A DNA stretch of 64,000 nucleotides from Gaiellaceae bacterium (GCA_036493955.1 DASXOW010000042.1:2996-66995); one strand, 5' to 3'; positions 17,896-27,847 are shown, counted from the stretch's first letter. Notes: a model not told the origin generated them from the sequence alone. Program-made: numbers and translations.

Positions 17896-18988
17896 AGCGC
17901 CGGGCCTGAGCGTCCGCCTCAAGCTCACGCTCAGCTACGCCGGCTTCGTCGTGCTCGCCGGTGCCGTGCTGCTCACGGCCGGGTACTTCTCTCTTTCGCG
18001 GGGTGTGCACCCGGGAGTGATCTTCCTGGTGCGCAGCCACTCCGAGCTCCTGCACGACTTCGCTCCGATCGCAGCCGCCGTGCTCGGATTCCTGCTCGTG
18101 TTCGGTCTCGTCGGAGGGTGGCTGCTCGCCGGCCGCATGCTCGCTCCGCTGACGCGCATCACGGACGCAACACGTGTCGCAGCCGGCGGATCGCTCTCAC
18201 ACCGGATCGCGCTGGACGGCCGCAACGACGAGTTCCGCGAGCTCGCAGATGCGTTCGACACGATGCTCGCGCGGGTCGAGGCACACGTCGCCGAGCAGGA
18301 ACGGTTCGCGGCGAACGCATCGCACGAGCTACGCACGCCGCTGGCGATCACGCAGACGCTGCTCGACGTCGCCCGCAGCGACCCGAGCCGCGACACCGGC
18401 GAGCTCGTCGATCGCCTCCACGCCGTCAACACCCGCGCGATTGACCTCACCGAAGCATTGCTCGTCCTCAGCCGCGCCGATCAACGAGCGTTCGCCCGCG
18501 AGCAGGTCGACCTGTCCCTGATCGCGGAAGAGGCGACCGAGACCCTTCTCCCACTGGCGGAGAAGCGCGGTCTCACCATCGAAACCTCCGGCGACACGAC
18601 CCCGACCATCGGCTCGCACGCGTTGCTGCTGCAGCTGGGGACCAACCTCCTACACAACGCAATCGTCCACAACCTGCCCGAACATGGAAGTGTCTGGGTG
18701 ACGACGAGCGTTCACTCGAAGCACGTCGTGCTCACGGTCGAGAACACCGGCGAACGCGTGACGCAGCAATCGGTCGCCACGCTGGCCGAGCCGTTTCTCC
18801 GCGGCACCACCCGCATCCGCGCAGACCATGCAGGCGTCGGCCTCGGCCTCGCGATCGTCAAGAGCATCACGCAGGCACACGACGGAACCGTCGACCTCGC
18901 CGCGCGTCCCGCCGGCGGGCTACGCGTCACCGTGCAACTGCCGTCCGCGGGCCGCCTCGACGGCCCGCGGACAGAAAGCCGCTCCTAG
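17888..18988 (+). CDS. sensor histidine kinase
   Basis: 2 TM, HAMP, H-box ASHELRTPLAIT, N-box NLLHNAIVHN, G-box GVGLGLAIV. 8-nt overlap with the regulator gene. Confidence 0.9.
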   Translation: MARAPGLSVRLKLTLSYAGFVVLAGAVLLTAGYFSLSRGVHPGVIFLVRSHSELLHDFAPIAAAVLGFLLVFGLVGGWLLAGRMLAPLTRITDATRVAAGGSLSHRIALDGRNDEFRELADAFDTMLARVEAHVAEQERFAANASHELRTPLAITQTLLDVARSDPSRDTGELVDRLHAVNTRAIDLTEALLVLSRADQRAFAREQVDLSLIAEEATETLLPLAEKRGLTIETSGDTTPTIGSHALLLQLGTNLLHNAIVHNLPEHGSVWVTTSVHSKHVVLTVENTGERVTQQSVATLAEPFLRGTTRIRADHAGVGLGLAIVKSITQAHDGTVDLAARPAGGLRVTVQLPSAGRLDGPRTESRS

Positions 18989-19311
18989 CCGAGCTTCTTC
19001 TTCGCCTTTTGCAGCGAAGGCAGCGCGGACTTGGTCTTCGCGAGCACACGCGCCCGCACGTCGACCGACGCCGGCTTCGGCCCGATCGTCATCTCCTCAC
19101 CCGTTGCGGGGTTGCGACCCTGGCGCGCCTTGGTTGCGGGCTTCACCCGGACGGTGAGCTGTACGAGGTTCCCGATCTTGACCTTCTCGGCGTTACCGAC
19201 CTCGGCGAGCACGACATCCTCGAGCGCCTGGATCGCGCCCTTCGCCTGCGCGCGGGACAGGCCCGAGCGGTCGGCCACGGCGTCGGCCAGCTGACTTTGA
19301 GTAAGAGGCAT
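18985..19311 (-). CDS. hup: HU-family DNA-binding protein with a short basic C-terminal tail
   Basis: 108 aa with GRNPATGEEM arm motif and a Lys-rich end (LQKAKKKLG). Confidence 0.9.
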   Translation of the reverse strand: MPLTQSQLADAVADRSGLSRAQAKGAIQALEDVVLAEVGNAEKVKIGNLVQLTVRVKPATKARQGRNPATGEEMTIGPKPASVDVRARVLAKTKSALPSLQKAKKKLG

Positions 19312-19441
19312 CCGATTTGCTCCTTCGATTGTGACTGCGGGCGGGATTCAAGCTGGATCTGCGGACGGCAGCGCAGGGGAACCGTCGCCGGCGGGCCGCT
19401 TCGGCAGGAGCAGAGCCTCGTTGAGCGAACGTTCGCCTGAG

Positions 19442-19906
19442 ATGCCCAGCGCCTTCAGCGCCTTCGGCGAGGACGCGTTCGGCCGGCGAGCCGAGGCGGC
19501 AGCCCGCTTCTTCGGCACGCCGCAGTACATCCTCGGCCAGACCGTCATCGTCATCATCTGGATCGCGGTCAACGCGGTCGCGGTCAGCCTGCAATGGGAT
19601 CCGTACCCGTTCATCCTTCTGAACCTCGCGTTCTCGACCCAGGCGGCATATGCGGCGCCCCTGATCCTGCTCGCGCAGACACGCCAGGTCGAGCGCGACA
19701 AGGAGGCGTCCGACAAGCTCGAGGCGCACCGCGAAGAGATAACGGCGTCGGCGCAACGGCGCGAGGCGGCCCTCAAGAAGGAGACGGATGAGCTCAAGGC
19801 GCTGCTGCAGTCGAACACCGACATCACGCAGCAGGACAAAGAGCTGACCGAGAAGATCGAGGCCCTGACGCGCGAGATCCACGCGCGCCTGACCTCGACC
19901 TCCTGA
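19442..19906 (+). CDS. DUF1003-type membrane protein
   Basis: WDPYPFILLNLAFSTQAAYAAPLILLAQ motif and a coiled-coil tail. An alternative start at 19331 is possible. Confidence 0.7.
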   Translation: MPSAFSAFGEDAFGRRAEAAARFFGTPQYILGQTVIVIIWIAVNAVAVSLQWDPYPFILLNLAFSTQAAYAAPLILLAQTRQVERDKEASDKLEAHREEITASAQRREAALKKETDELKALLQSNTDITQQDKELTEKIEALTREIHARLTSTS

Positions 19907-19950
19907 TCGAACGAACGCGCGGGCCGCTGCAGTCTCCGTAGCATTGGACG

Positions 19951-20871
19951 GTGAGCGACCGCCGCGCCGCGTACGTGACGCTGCTCGCCGGGATGGTCGC
20001 TTTCGGCGGGACGTGGCCCGCCGGGAAGGTCGCGGCGGACCACGTGACGCCCGCCGTAGTCGCGGTGTCGCGGTTCGCGACCGCCGCGCTCCTGCTCTGG
20101 CTCTGGGCGCTGCTGTCCGGCCGCCCGGTGAAGCGCCCGCGACGGGCTGACCTACCGCTGGTGCTCGTGCTCGGCGCGACCGTCGTGTTCGCGTACAACC
20201 TCTTCTTCCTCTACGGCGTGCGCCACTCGACCGCCGCCGACGGCTCGGTGCTCGTGCCGGGCCTGATCCCGGTCGCGACTGCCCTGCTCGCGTGGGGGGT
20301 GCGCGGTGAGCGGCCGCCGGGGCGCGCGCAACTCGGGCTCGCCGTTGCGTTCGCCGGCCTCGTGCTCGTCGCGAGCCCGACCGGCGGCGTCGACGCCAAC
20401 CGCCTGCTCGGGGACGGGCTGTTCGTCGGCGCCGCGTTGTCCTGGTCGGTGTACACGCTCGCCGGCCGGCACGCGACCGCGCGCTACGGCTCGGTGAGCG
20501 CGAACGTCTACGCGACCGCAGCCGGCACCGTGCTGCTGCTGCCGATCACGTTCCTGGACGGCGGCTGGTCGCCGCTCTGGCACGCGCCCGCCGGCGCGCT
20601 GGCCGGCATCGCGTACCTGTCGGTGATCGGCACGGTGCTCGGGTTCGTCGCGTTCTACGAAGGGGTGCGCTTGATCGGATCGGCGCGTGCCTCGTCCTTC
20701 GCACTACTTGTCCCGATCTTCGGCGTGCTCTCGTCGGTGCTCGTCCTGCACGAGCCGCTGCGTGCGACGCTCGCGCTGGGCGGTGCGATCGTCATCTGCG
20801 GCCTGGGGCTCGCCGAGTCGGGCTCGCGCCGCGACTACGATCGAGTTGTCGTCACGAAGGAGGAGGCATGA
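19951..20871 (+). CDS. EamA/DMT family transporter
   Basis: 306 aa, 10 TM, two EamA repeats. Confidence 0.8.
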   Translation: MSDRRAAYVTLLAGMVAFGGTWPAGKVAADHVTPAVVAVSRFATAALLLWLWALLSGRPVKRPRRADLPLVLVLGATVVFAYNLFFLYGVRHSTAADGSVLVPGLIPVATALLAWGVRGERPPGRAQLGLAVAFAGLVLVASPTGGVDANRLLGDGLFVGAALSWSVYTLAGRHATARYGSVSANVYATAAGTVLLLPITFLDGGWSPLWHAPAGALAGIAYLSVIGTVLGFVAFYEGVRLIGSARASSFALLVPIFGVLSSVLVLHEPLRATLALGGAIVICGLGLAESGSRRDYDRVVVTKEEA

Positions 20872-22022
20872 CCGCCACGCGCTCGTCGACCCGTGAAGCC
20901 GTCCCGTTCCGGATTCGCACCGCCGACGGAACGACGAAGGAGCTCTCGTACTCCTCGCCGCGGCCGGCGGAGCACCACGACGAGCGTGAGGTGCTCGAGT
21001 CGCTGCCTTGGTTCGAGTCGGGCAAGCCCTTGCGCAACTACATGCTCCACGAGACCGACTTCTACGACGAGGTCGAGCAGATCTGGGGGCGACCGTGGGG
21101 CGCCGAAGGGATCGGGACGTTGCGCGAGGTGCTCGTCTCGCGCCCGACCGAGAACGAGATCCGGCCGGAGTACGCCGAGGAGTGGCAGTACTACTACTCG
21201 AGCGCGGGCGGCAACGCCGACCTCGGCCGGCTGCAGGCGCAGTTCGACGAGTACTACGCCGTCCTCGCCGACAACGGTGTCCGCGTGAACTACATCGAAC
21301 CACCGGTTCCGGCGATCGGCGCGTACGGCTGGATCAAGAACCTCGTCACACTCGCCGGCGGCGGCCTCGTCGTGCACGGCGGCGCGATCCTCCACCGCTA
21401 CGGGCTCGGCTCGTGGCAGAAGGGCCGCGAAGTGATCTGGGAGCAGACGCTCGCGGCGCTGCAGGTGCCGATCTACATGACCATCCACGGACGCGGCGTG
21501 TGCGAGCCGGGCGCGGGCCGCTGGCTCGACGAGAAGACGTTCGTCTTCAACGAGTCGGTCGTCGCCAACGAGGAAGGCCTACGACAGCTGGAGTTCGTGC
21601 TGCAGAACCTGGGCATCGAGCTGATCGTCGCCCACAGCCCGGGCTGGTACGACTCGACCGGCCACGGGAACATCGGCACGTCGCACATGGACATGGTGAT
21701 GCTGACGGTCGACGAGCGGAAGTGCCTGCTCGCCCCGCACCTCGTGAACTACGGCTTCGTGCGCGAGCTCGTCAAGCGCGACTTCACGATCATCGAGGTT
21801 CCCGTCGAGGAATATTGGGACCTCGCCCTGAACGGCGTCACCCTGACGCCGGGCAAGGTCGTGATGAACGCCGGCTCGCCGACGGTCGTGCGCGAGCTCG
21901 AACGTCACGACGTCGAGGTGATTCAGGTCGACTTCTCCGAGAGCCACAAGTTCGCGATCGCCGGGCTCCACTGCGCCACCTTGGAACTCGTGCGCGATCA
22001 GCCGCCGCGCGCCCTCGGTTAA
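20868..22022 (+). CDS. amidinotransferase-superfamily (guanidino-group modifying) enzyme
   Basis: 384 aa. C-terminal catalytic-Cys context AIAGLHCATLEL resembles amidinotransferase/arginine-deiminase-fold enzymes. ATGA overlap with the upstream EamA gene. Confidence 0.7.
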   Translation: MTATRSSTREAVPFRIRTADGTTKELSYSSPRPAEHHDEREVLESLPWFESGKPLRNYMLHETDFYDEVEQIWGRPWGAEGIGTLREVLVSRPTENEIRPEYAEEWQYYYSSAGGNADLGRLQAQFDEYYAVLADNGVRVNYIEPPVPAIGAYGWIKNLVTLAGGGLVVHGGAILHRYGLGSWQKGREVIWEQTLAALQVPIYMTIHGRGVCEPGAGRWLDEKTFVFNESVVANEEGLRQLEFVLQNLGIELIVAHSPGWYDSTGHGNIGTSHMDMVMLTVDERKCLLAPHLVNYGFVRELVKRDFTIIEVPVEEYWDLALNGVTLTPGKVVMNAGSPTVVRELERHDVEVIQVDFSESHKFAIAGLHCATLELVRDQPPRALG

Positions 22023-22071
22023 TGCCCCAGCAACAAACATCCGGCGCCGATCGGCGTCCGTAAACTCAGCA

Positions 22072-24477
22072 ATGGCGGGAGTCGAACCGATCGGCACGCT
22101 CGAATCTGCGGGTTTCTCGTCGAGCGACGAGTCGCGCGAGCTCGCGTCCGGCTGGCGCCGGCTGACCCGCGCCGCGACGTTCGTCGCCGTCCTGACGAGC
22201 CCCGCGCTGGTCGCCTTCTTCATGCGGCAGAACCACTGGCCGCTGTGGAAGGCGCTCGGGATCACGCTCCTGATCATCGTCTCGTTCCGCGGCGTCGTCG
22301 ATCTGCTGTTCCGGCGGATGATCCCGTGGCCGAGCCTGTTCGGCCTCGAGAGCCAGCAAGCGCGCGAGGACGACGTGCTCGGGCGGCGGCGCGCCTGGTT
22401 CTGGCATTTCTGGCTTCGCGTAGGCGTGGCCGTGTCGGTGTTGATCACGGTCATCTGGCTCTTCCGCGGTGGGTCGTGGTTCGGGGTGTGGGGGTCGATC
22501 ATCCACGGCGCAGGACGGGTCTTCAGCTCGCCGGGGCTTTGGATCCAGATCGTCTTCGTCTTCTTCCTCTTCATCGCGAACTTCGCGATCCTGATGGGCC
22601 CGATGCTGCTCATGAACATGTCGCAGATGCGCGCGTTCGAGCCCGGGGACACTGAGTGGGGTGTCAAGCTCGAGGACGTCCGCGGGCAGGCGGAGGCGAA
22701 AGAGGATGTACGCCGCGTCGTCACGATCTGGCAGTCGGGCGAGGCGTTCGAGCGCGCCGGCGGCAAGCGCGAACGCGGCTTGCTCTTCCTCGGCGCGCCC
22801 GGGACGGGCAAGACGATGCTCGCCAAAGCGCTCGCGACGGGGTTCAACTCGCCGTTCGTCTCGATGCCGGGATCCGGCTTCGCGGCGACCTTCATCGGGA
22901 TCGACGCGATCATCGTGCGCCTGCTTGCACGAAGAGCGAAGAAGCTCGCCCGCAAGTGGGGCGGTCAGTGCATCGTCTTCATCGACGAGATCGACGCCGT
23001 CGGCAGGCGCCGTCAGGCGCTGCAGCAGATGGCGCCCGCCACCGACCCGTACTCATGGCGCGACGTCAGCGACTTCTCGTTCTACGGCCCGTGGGGAGCG
23101 CAGAACCCGAGCGGCGACCTGATCGTCGAGACGCGGCAGTGGCGCGACCGGCTGTTCGAGCAGCGCTCGCCGAGCCGGTGGACGAACCCGATCGTCGACC
23201 GGATCGTCAACCAGTTCCCGGGCGGCATGTTCGGGGGCATGGGCGGCGGCGGCCAGCTGGCGCTCAACCAGCTGCTCGTCGTGATGGACGGGATCGACAG
23301 CCCGCCCTTCATGCGTCGCGTCCTCACGAACCGCATCAACACGCTGCTCGACGCGTCCTACCTCGTGCCGCGGCGCATCGGCAAAGTGTCACTGCGCATT
23401 CCACGCGCGCGGCCCCGCGGCGAGCAGATCTATTTCATCGGCGCGACCAACGTGCCCCTGGACTCGCTCGACCCGGCTCTCACGCGTCCGGGCCGCATGG
23501 GACGTCACGTCTCGTTCCGCACACCGACGAAGGACGACCGGAAGGACGTCTTCGACCTCTACCTCGGCAAGGTGGCGCACGATCCGGAGCTCGACGAGCC
23601 GAAGCGCCGCGACGAGATCGCACGCATCACCAACGGCTACTCGCCCGCGATGATCGACCAGGTCTGCTCGATGGCCCTGACGAACGCGCAGCACGAAGGC
23701 CGCGTCTCCTTCGGCTGGGAGGACCTCGTTCAGGCCATGACGACGCTCGAGTCCGGCACGGCGGTCAACGTCTCCTATCCCGAGCACGAGCTGCGCTCGG
23801 TGGCGATTCACGAAGCGGGCCACGCGGTCACCGCGCACGTCTACCGCCCCGACCTGGAATCGAGCCGGCTGTCGACGCGCATGCGAGGCAGTGCGCTCGG
23901 CCATCACCAGACCTTCGAGCGCGAGGAGCGGTTCAGCCGCTGGCAGCACGAGGAGATGGGAACGTTGATCCACGTGCTCGGTGCGATGGCCGCGGAGAAC
24001 GTGTTCTACGGTGAGAACACGGGCGGCGTCGGAGGTGACCTCCAGACGGCGACGGACACCGCAGCCTGGATGGTGGGCACGGCCGGCATGCGACCGCTCC
24101 GGATCGACCTCGACGGACAGGTGCCGGACGGCGAGGATCCCGATGAGTACCGCGAGCGGCTCATGAAGCGCTTCGAGCGCATCGGCCGCACGCTGATGAA
24201 CCGGACTCGTGGCAGCGCCGACTTCCACGCCGATCCGATCGCCGCGATCCTTCGCGACCCGTTCAAGAACGCGATCGCGGCGCAGATCCTCGGCCAGGCC
24301 TACGTGGTCGCCGTGAACCTGGTGGCAGCGAACAAGCCCGCGGTCGACGCGATCGCGACCCACCTGTCCGAGCGGCGCGAGCTGTACGGCGACGAACTGG
24401 TCGAGTTTCTCGACGCGCAGAAGCTCGTGAAGCCGGAGCTCGACTACACGAAGGATGAGACGTGGCCGAAGATGTAG
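22072..24477 (+). CDS. divergent FtsH-like membrane AAA+ zinc metalloprotease
   Basis: 4 N-terminal TM, Walker A GAPGTGKT, Walker B IVFIDEID, SRH-like ATNVPLDSLDPALTRPGRMGRHV, M41-type HEAGHAV. Large insertions lie inside the AAA module. Confidence 0.85.
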   Translation: MAGVEPIGTLESAGFSSSDESRELASGWRRLTRAATFVAVLTSPALVAFFMRQNHWPLWKALGITLLIIVSFRGVVDLLFRRMIPWPSLFGLESQQAREDDVLGRRRAWFWHFWLRVGVAVSVLITVIWLFRGGSWFGVWGSIIHGAGRVFSSPGLWIQIVFVFFLFIANFAILMGPMLLMNMSQMRAFEPGDTEWGVKLEDVRGQAEAKEDVRRVVTIWQSGEAFERAGGKRERGLLFLGAPGTGKTMLAKALATGFNSPFVSMPGSGFAATFIGIDAIIVRLLARRAKKLARKWGGQCIVFIDEIDAVGRRRQALQQMAPATDPYSWRDVSDFSFYGPWGAQNPSGDLIVETRQWRDRLFEQRSPSRWTNPIVDRIVNQFPGGMFGGMGGGGQLALNQLLVVMDGIDSPPFMRRVLTNRINTLLDASYLVPRRIGKVSLRIPRARPRGEQIYFIGATNVPLDSLDPALTRPGRMGRHVSFRTPTKDDRKDVFDLYLGKVAHDPELDEPKRRDEIARITNGYSPAMIDQVCSMALTNAQHEGRVSFGWEDLVQAMTTLESGTAVNVSYPEHELRSVAIHEAGHAVTAHVYRPDLESSRLSTRMRGSALGHHQTFEREERFSRWQHEEMGTLIHVLGAMAAENVFYGENTGGVGGDLQTATDTAAWMVGTAGMRPLRIDLDGQVPDGEDPDEYRERLMKRFERIGRTLMNRTRGSADFHADPIAAILRDPFKNAIAAQILGQAYVVAVNLVAANKPAVDAIATHLSERRELYGDELVEFLDAQKLVKPELDYTKDETWPKM

Positions 24478-25328
24478 CGCAGGCCCGGAGCGGTGCCGCC
24501 GCCCGTCGCGCCGCGAATCGCGCTGAGAGGGCGCGCGGCTCCGCCTACTACTTCCGGTTCAGCCTCGCTTACGCGCTGCTCGCCCTCGTTGCGACGGCCG
24601 GCATCGCCGTGCTGGTCGTCGTTCTCGCACGCCCGAGCGGCAAGAGCACACCACAGTGGTCCGCGTTCGTGCCCACGGGCTCGCCGGCGGCGAAGGCACG
24701 CCAGATCGCCACCCGCGTCTCCTCCGAATACAAGTCGCCGACGGGCGGCAAGCTCGTGACCGTAGTGGTCAGCCCGCTCCAGACGACGCGCTTCCTGCAG
24801 TCCGACGCCGGGCAGGTGAGCGTCGAAGTACCGATTTCATCACTCGCCGTGGAAGCGGATGCATCGACGGGCAAGCATGAGGAGGGCGACTTCACCCCGT
24901 ACGACGGCGCCTCGACGATCGCCTTCCAGATGTGCGGGTTCGGCAGCACCCAGCAGAACTGCGGAATCGTGTCCGGCGTGACGGCGAATCGCGGCCAGCT
25001 GCTGCGCCGCGAAGCGCTCGAGCTCGCGCTCTACACGTTGAAGTACGTGCCGGGCACCAATGCGGTGCTCACGTATTTGCCGCCGCCGGCCAACCCGCAG
25101 ACGCCGGACACGGCTGTGCTCCTCGTCCGGAGCAACCTCTCGCAGAACCTCGACCGGCCGCTGACTCGAACGTTGACGCCGAAGAAGGTCGTCCTCGGCG
25201 AGGCGCCGGACAGCGGTGCGCAGGTCGACAGCCTCACCCTGCCGCGGCTGTACACCTACGACTATCAGACGCTTCCCGGCGACGGCACAGCGATCCTCGT
25301 GCTGACGGCGGCGATCAAGGCGCAGTGA
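24462..25328 (+). CDS. single-pass membrane-anchored hypothetical protein
   Basis: 288 aa. Basic N-terminus, one TM (LAYALLALVATAGIAVLVVVL), extracytoplasmic domain of unknown family. The GTG start overlaps the FtsH-like gene end by 16 nt. Confidence 0.55.
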   Translation: MAEDVAQARSGAAARRAANRAERARGSAYYFRFSLAYALLALVATAGIAVLVVVLARPSGKSTPQWSAFVPTGSPAAKARQIATRVSSEYKSPTGGKLVTVVVSPLQTTRFLQSDAGQVSVEVPISSLAVEADASTGKHEEGDFTPYDGASTIAFQMCGFGSTQQNCGIVSGVTANRGQLLRREALELALYTLKYVPGTNAVLTYLPPPANPQTPDTAVLLVRSNLSQNLDRPLTRTLTPKKVVLGEAPDSGAQVDSLTLPRLYTYDYQTLPGDGTAILVLTAAIKAQ

Positions 25329-25657
25329 CCAACGCGCAGGTCGTCCGCGCCAAGGCGCGGCTCGACCGGCTCGACTGGTACCCGCGTCCGGTCGGCATCG
25401 GGCACGTCCGGCTCCATACCGCGCCGTGGTTCTTCCGGCTGCCCTGGCTCCGCCGTTTCGACGGCTACGCCCTGCACGGGACGATCCTGGTCCGGGACCC
25501 GGACCCGCCTGACGACCTCGTGGTGCACGAGCTCTGCCACGTCTGGCAGATGCAGCACCGGCCGATCGCCATGCCGCTCAGCTACCTGCGCCTGGGCTAC
25601 GAGAACAACCCGTACGAGCGCGAGGCGCGCGCCGCGGTCGAACAGACGGAAGAGTGA
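25325..25657 (+). CDS. small DUF4157-like putative zinc-metallopeptidase-motif protein (110 aa)
   Basis: HELCHVWQMQH (HExxH..Q), as in the DUF4157/eCIS-core N-terminal domain. GTGA overlap with the upstream ORF. Confidence 0.55.
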   Translation: MTNAQVVRAKARLDRLDWYPRPVGIGHVRLHTAPWFFRLPWLRRFDGYALHGTILVRDPDPPDDLVVHELCHVWQMQHRPIAMPLSYLRLGYENNPYEREARAAVEQTEE

Positions 25658-25791
25658 GCAGCCTCAAACCCGCTCGCAGACACGCAAACGGCCTCGTTCG
25701 CAGAGGTGTGAAACCAACCGTCAAGGTTGGCCCACCCCGTGCCGATACAGCCCGCATGATGCGGCTACTACGAAAGGACGGGGTCGAGAGC

Positions 25792-26715
25792 ATGACCGAC
25801 ACGCTCATGGACCAGACAAGCGAAGCGAAGCGGACGGCCCTCGGCACGCTCCTGATCGAACGCGGGTACATCGACCAGGAGCAGCTTGACGAGGCGCTGC
25901 GCCGCAGTGCTGCGAACGGCGAGCGGCTGGGCGAAGTCATCGTCAAGCTCGGTTGGGCCAGCGAGGACGATCTGGCCAAGGTGCTCGCGGAGCAGTGGCA
26001 TCTCCGGTACTTCGAGCGGTCGGCGATCTCCTTCGACGGCAAAGCGCTCCGGCGCATGTCGTGGGAAGACGCCTCCCGTCTCGAGGCTCTGCCGATTCAG
26101 GAAAACGACGAGGGCGCCGTTGTCGTCGCCGTCGCCGAGCCGACCGACGCGCGCCTCCTCGCGCTTCGCGAGCTGCTCGGTGACCGCATCGACTTCGTCG
26201 TCGTCGCCAGGGGTGCGATCGAGACGGGCCTCCGCAGCGAGCTGCTCGCCCGCAACGGAAGCTCTGTCGTCAGCCCGACCCCGGTCGATGAGACCGAGGC
26301 CGAGGTCACCGACGAAGCCGAGCCCGAGACGACCGACGTGGTCGATGACGGCAGCGGCCAGTTCGCGGCCTACGAGGCGATGGCGAACACGTCGCCGTTC
26401 GAGTCGCGTGCGGTCGTCGAGCCCGAAGTCACCGTCGAGCAGGAGCCGACTGCGGTCGTCGCCTTCGTCGGCGACGGCGACGAGCCGGGGGCAGGCAACT
26501 TCGACGAGGTTGCCCGCTCACTGAGCGACGGCCTGAGCTCGCAGCTCGCGTCGCTGCGGTCGATCGTCGTCGAGGCCGAGACGCGACGCGAGGCAGATCG
26601 CGTCGAGGTCGAGCGGCTGCAGGCGGACGTCGCAGAGCGCGACGAGACAATCCGCTCGATGCAGCAGCAGCTCCGCGATTTCGCGGACTCGCTCGAGCGC
26701 AACCCCTCGTTCTAA
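25792..26715 (+). CDS. T2SS-E N-terminal (MshEN-like) domain protein with acidic and coiled-coil C-terminus, no ATPase domain
   Basis: LGTLLIERGYIDQEQLDEAL...LGEVIVKLGWASEDDLAKVLAEQ is the duplicated GspE_N/MshEN helix motif. Start chosen at ATG 25792, with AAGGA about 12 nt upstream. Confidence 0.6.
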   Translation: MTDTLMDQTSEAKRTALGTLLIERGYIDQEQLDEALRRSAANGERLGEVIVKLGWASEDDLAKVLAEQWHLRYFERSAISFDGKALRRMSWEDASRLEALPIQENDEGAVVVAVAEPTDARLLALRELLGDRIDFVVVARGAIETGLRSELLARNGSSVVSPTPVDETEAEVTDEAEPETTDVVDDGSGQFAAYEAMANTSPFESRAVVEPEVTVEQEPTAVVAFVGDGDEPGAGNFDEVARSLSDGLSSQLASLRSIVVEAETRREADRVEVERLQADVAERDETIRSMQQQLRDFADSLERNPSF

Positions 26716-26730
26716 GCACGGCGCTCTTCA

Positions 26731-26766
26731 CGAGAGGGCCGCGGCACTTGCGCCGCGGCCCTCTCG
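26731..26766. terminator. bidirectional terminator-like hairpin at a convergent gene junction
   Basis: Perfect 15-bp arms CGAGAGGGCCGCGGC / GCCGCGGCCCTCTCG around a 6-nt loop, between the 26715 and 26777 gene ends. Confidence 0.7.
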
Positions 26767-26776
26767 ATTCGTTTGC

Positions 26777-27847
26777 CTAGCCGGCAGTGACCGAGCCGAA
26801 GAGGCCGTGCGCCTCGTCGGATGGGCCGGCGAGGAAGTACAGCGAGTTCGTCGGCCCGGCTGCAGAGCCGTTGCCGAACGCGATCGCCCAGAGGCCGTCG
26901 ATCTCGATCGGCGAGCCGTTGGCGTGACGGAGCTGGCCCTTGAACACCCAGGTCGCTCCCCGCTTCGTATACGCACTGATCCGCCCGTTGCCGAAGTTCC
27001 CGACGAGCAGGTCGTTGCTGAACACCGAGAAGTCGACCGGCGCGAGGGCGAGCCCCCACGGGGCGTTCAGCGGTGCGTTCTTCTTGCCGCTGTTGACGAC
27101 ACGTGCAACGAGCTGGCCTTCGGTCGTGAACTCGTCGACGTAAGCCTGCCCGGGCACCGGCACGTCGTCCTTCGCGGCGGCGTCCTGCTTCGCGAACGTC
27201 ACGAAGATGTCGCTGCCGAGGGCCTGGATCCCGAACGGCGCGAAGCCGGTCGGCACCTTGGCGTCCTTGAAGCCGCCCGGCGTGGTGATCAGCTTGAACG
27301 ACGAGTCGAACACGTCGACGCGTCCGTTATGGAAGTCGCTCGCGAACAGACGGTCGTTCGCGACCGCGAGCCCCTTGTAGACCGCACCCGCCGCGGAGCG
27401 ATCGGCGCCGGCGATGGCAGTCGTGCCGTTGACGGTCGGCGACCAGCCGAGGACGGTTCCGGCCTCGGTCGCGAACAGGAAGCGGGCGGCGCCGCTCTTC
27501 GAGTTCTGGCTCACGACGAAGTCGGTGCTCTTGCCGTTGAACACGGTGCCGGTAGGGCCGCCGGCGACGGTGACGGTCAGCGCCGCCTTCGCGCCGACAC
27601 CGCTGTAGAGCGTCGAGGTGTTGGTTCCGTTATTGGACGCCCACCACGGCGTCGTCGGGCCGGCGCTGAGGCCCCAGCCGTTGACCAGCTTCGCGTCGGT
27701 TCCCGGCGCAGGTGTCGCGGCGCTGTCGGAGACGAGTGCGTGCACCGAAAAGATGTCGTCCGTCGCCCGTGCACCGGCGCCTCCCGCCAGGACGGCGAGA
27801 ACGGCGGCCGACGCGAGCGCCAGCGCGATTGGAAAGTGATTCTTCAT
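26777..27847 (-). CDS. secreted beta-propeller-type protein (TIGR03118-like)
   Basis: 356 aa from MKNHFPIALALASAAVLAV (signal peptide). NGWGL, repeated FG/NG blade-like motifs, GLWAIAFGNG. The family name is from memory. Confidence 0.7.
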   Translation of the reverse strand: MKNHFPIALALASAAVLAVLAGGAGARATDDIFSVHALVSDSAATPAPGTDAKLVNGWGLSAGPTTPWWASNNGTNTSTLYSGVGAKAALTVTVAGGPTGTVFNGKSTDFVVSQNSKSGAARFLFATEAGTVLGWSPTVNGTTAIAGADRSAAGAVYKGLAVANDRLFASDFHNGRVDVFDSSFKLITTPGGFKDAKVPTGFAPFGIQALGSDIFVTFAKQDAAAKDDVPVPGQAYVDEFTTEGQLVARVVNSGKKNAPLNAPWGLALAPVDFSVFSNDLLVGNFGNGRISAYTKRGATWVFKGQLRHANGSPIEIDGLWAIAFGNGSAAGPTNSLYFLAGPSDEAHGLFGSVTAG

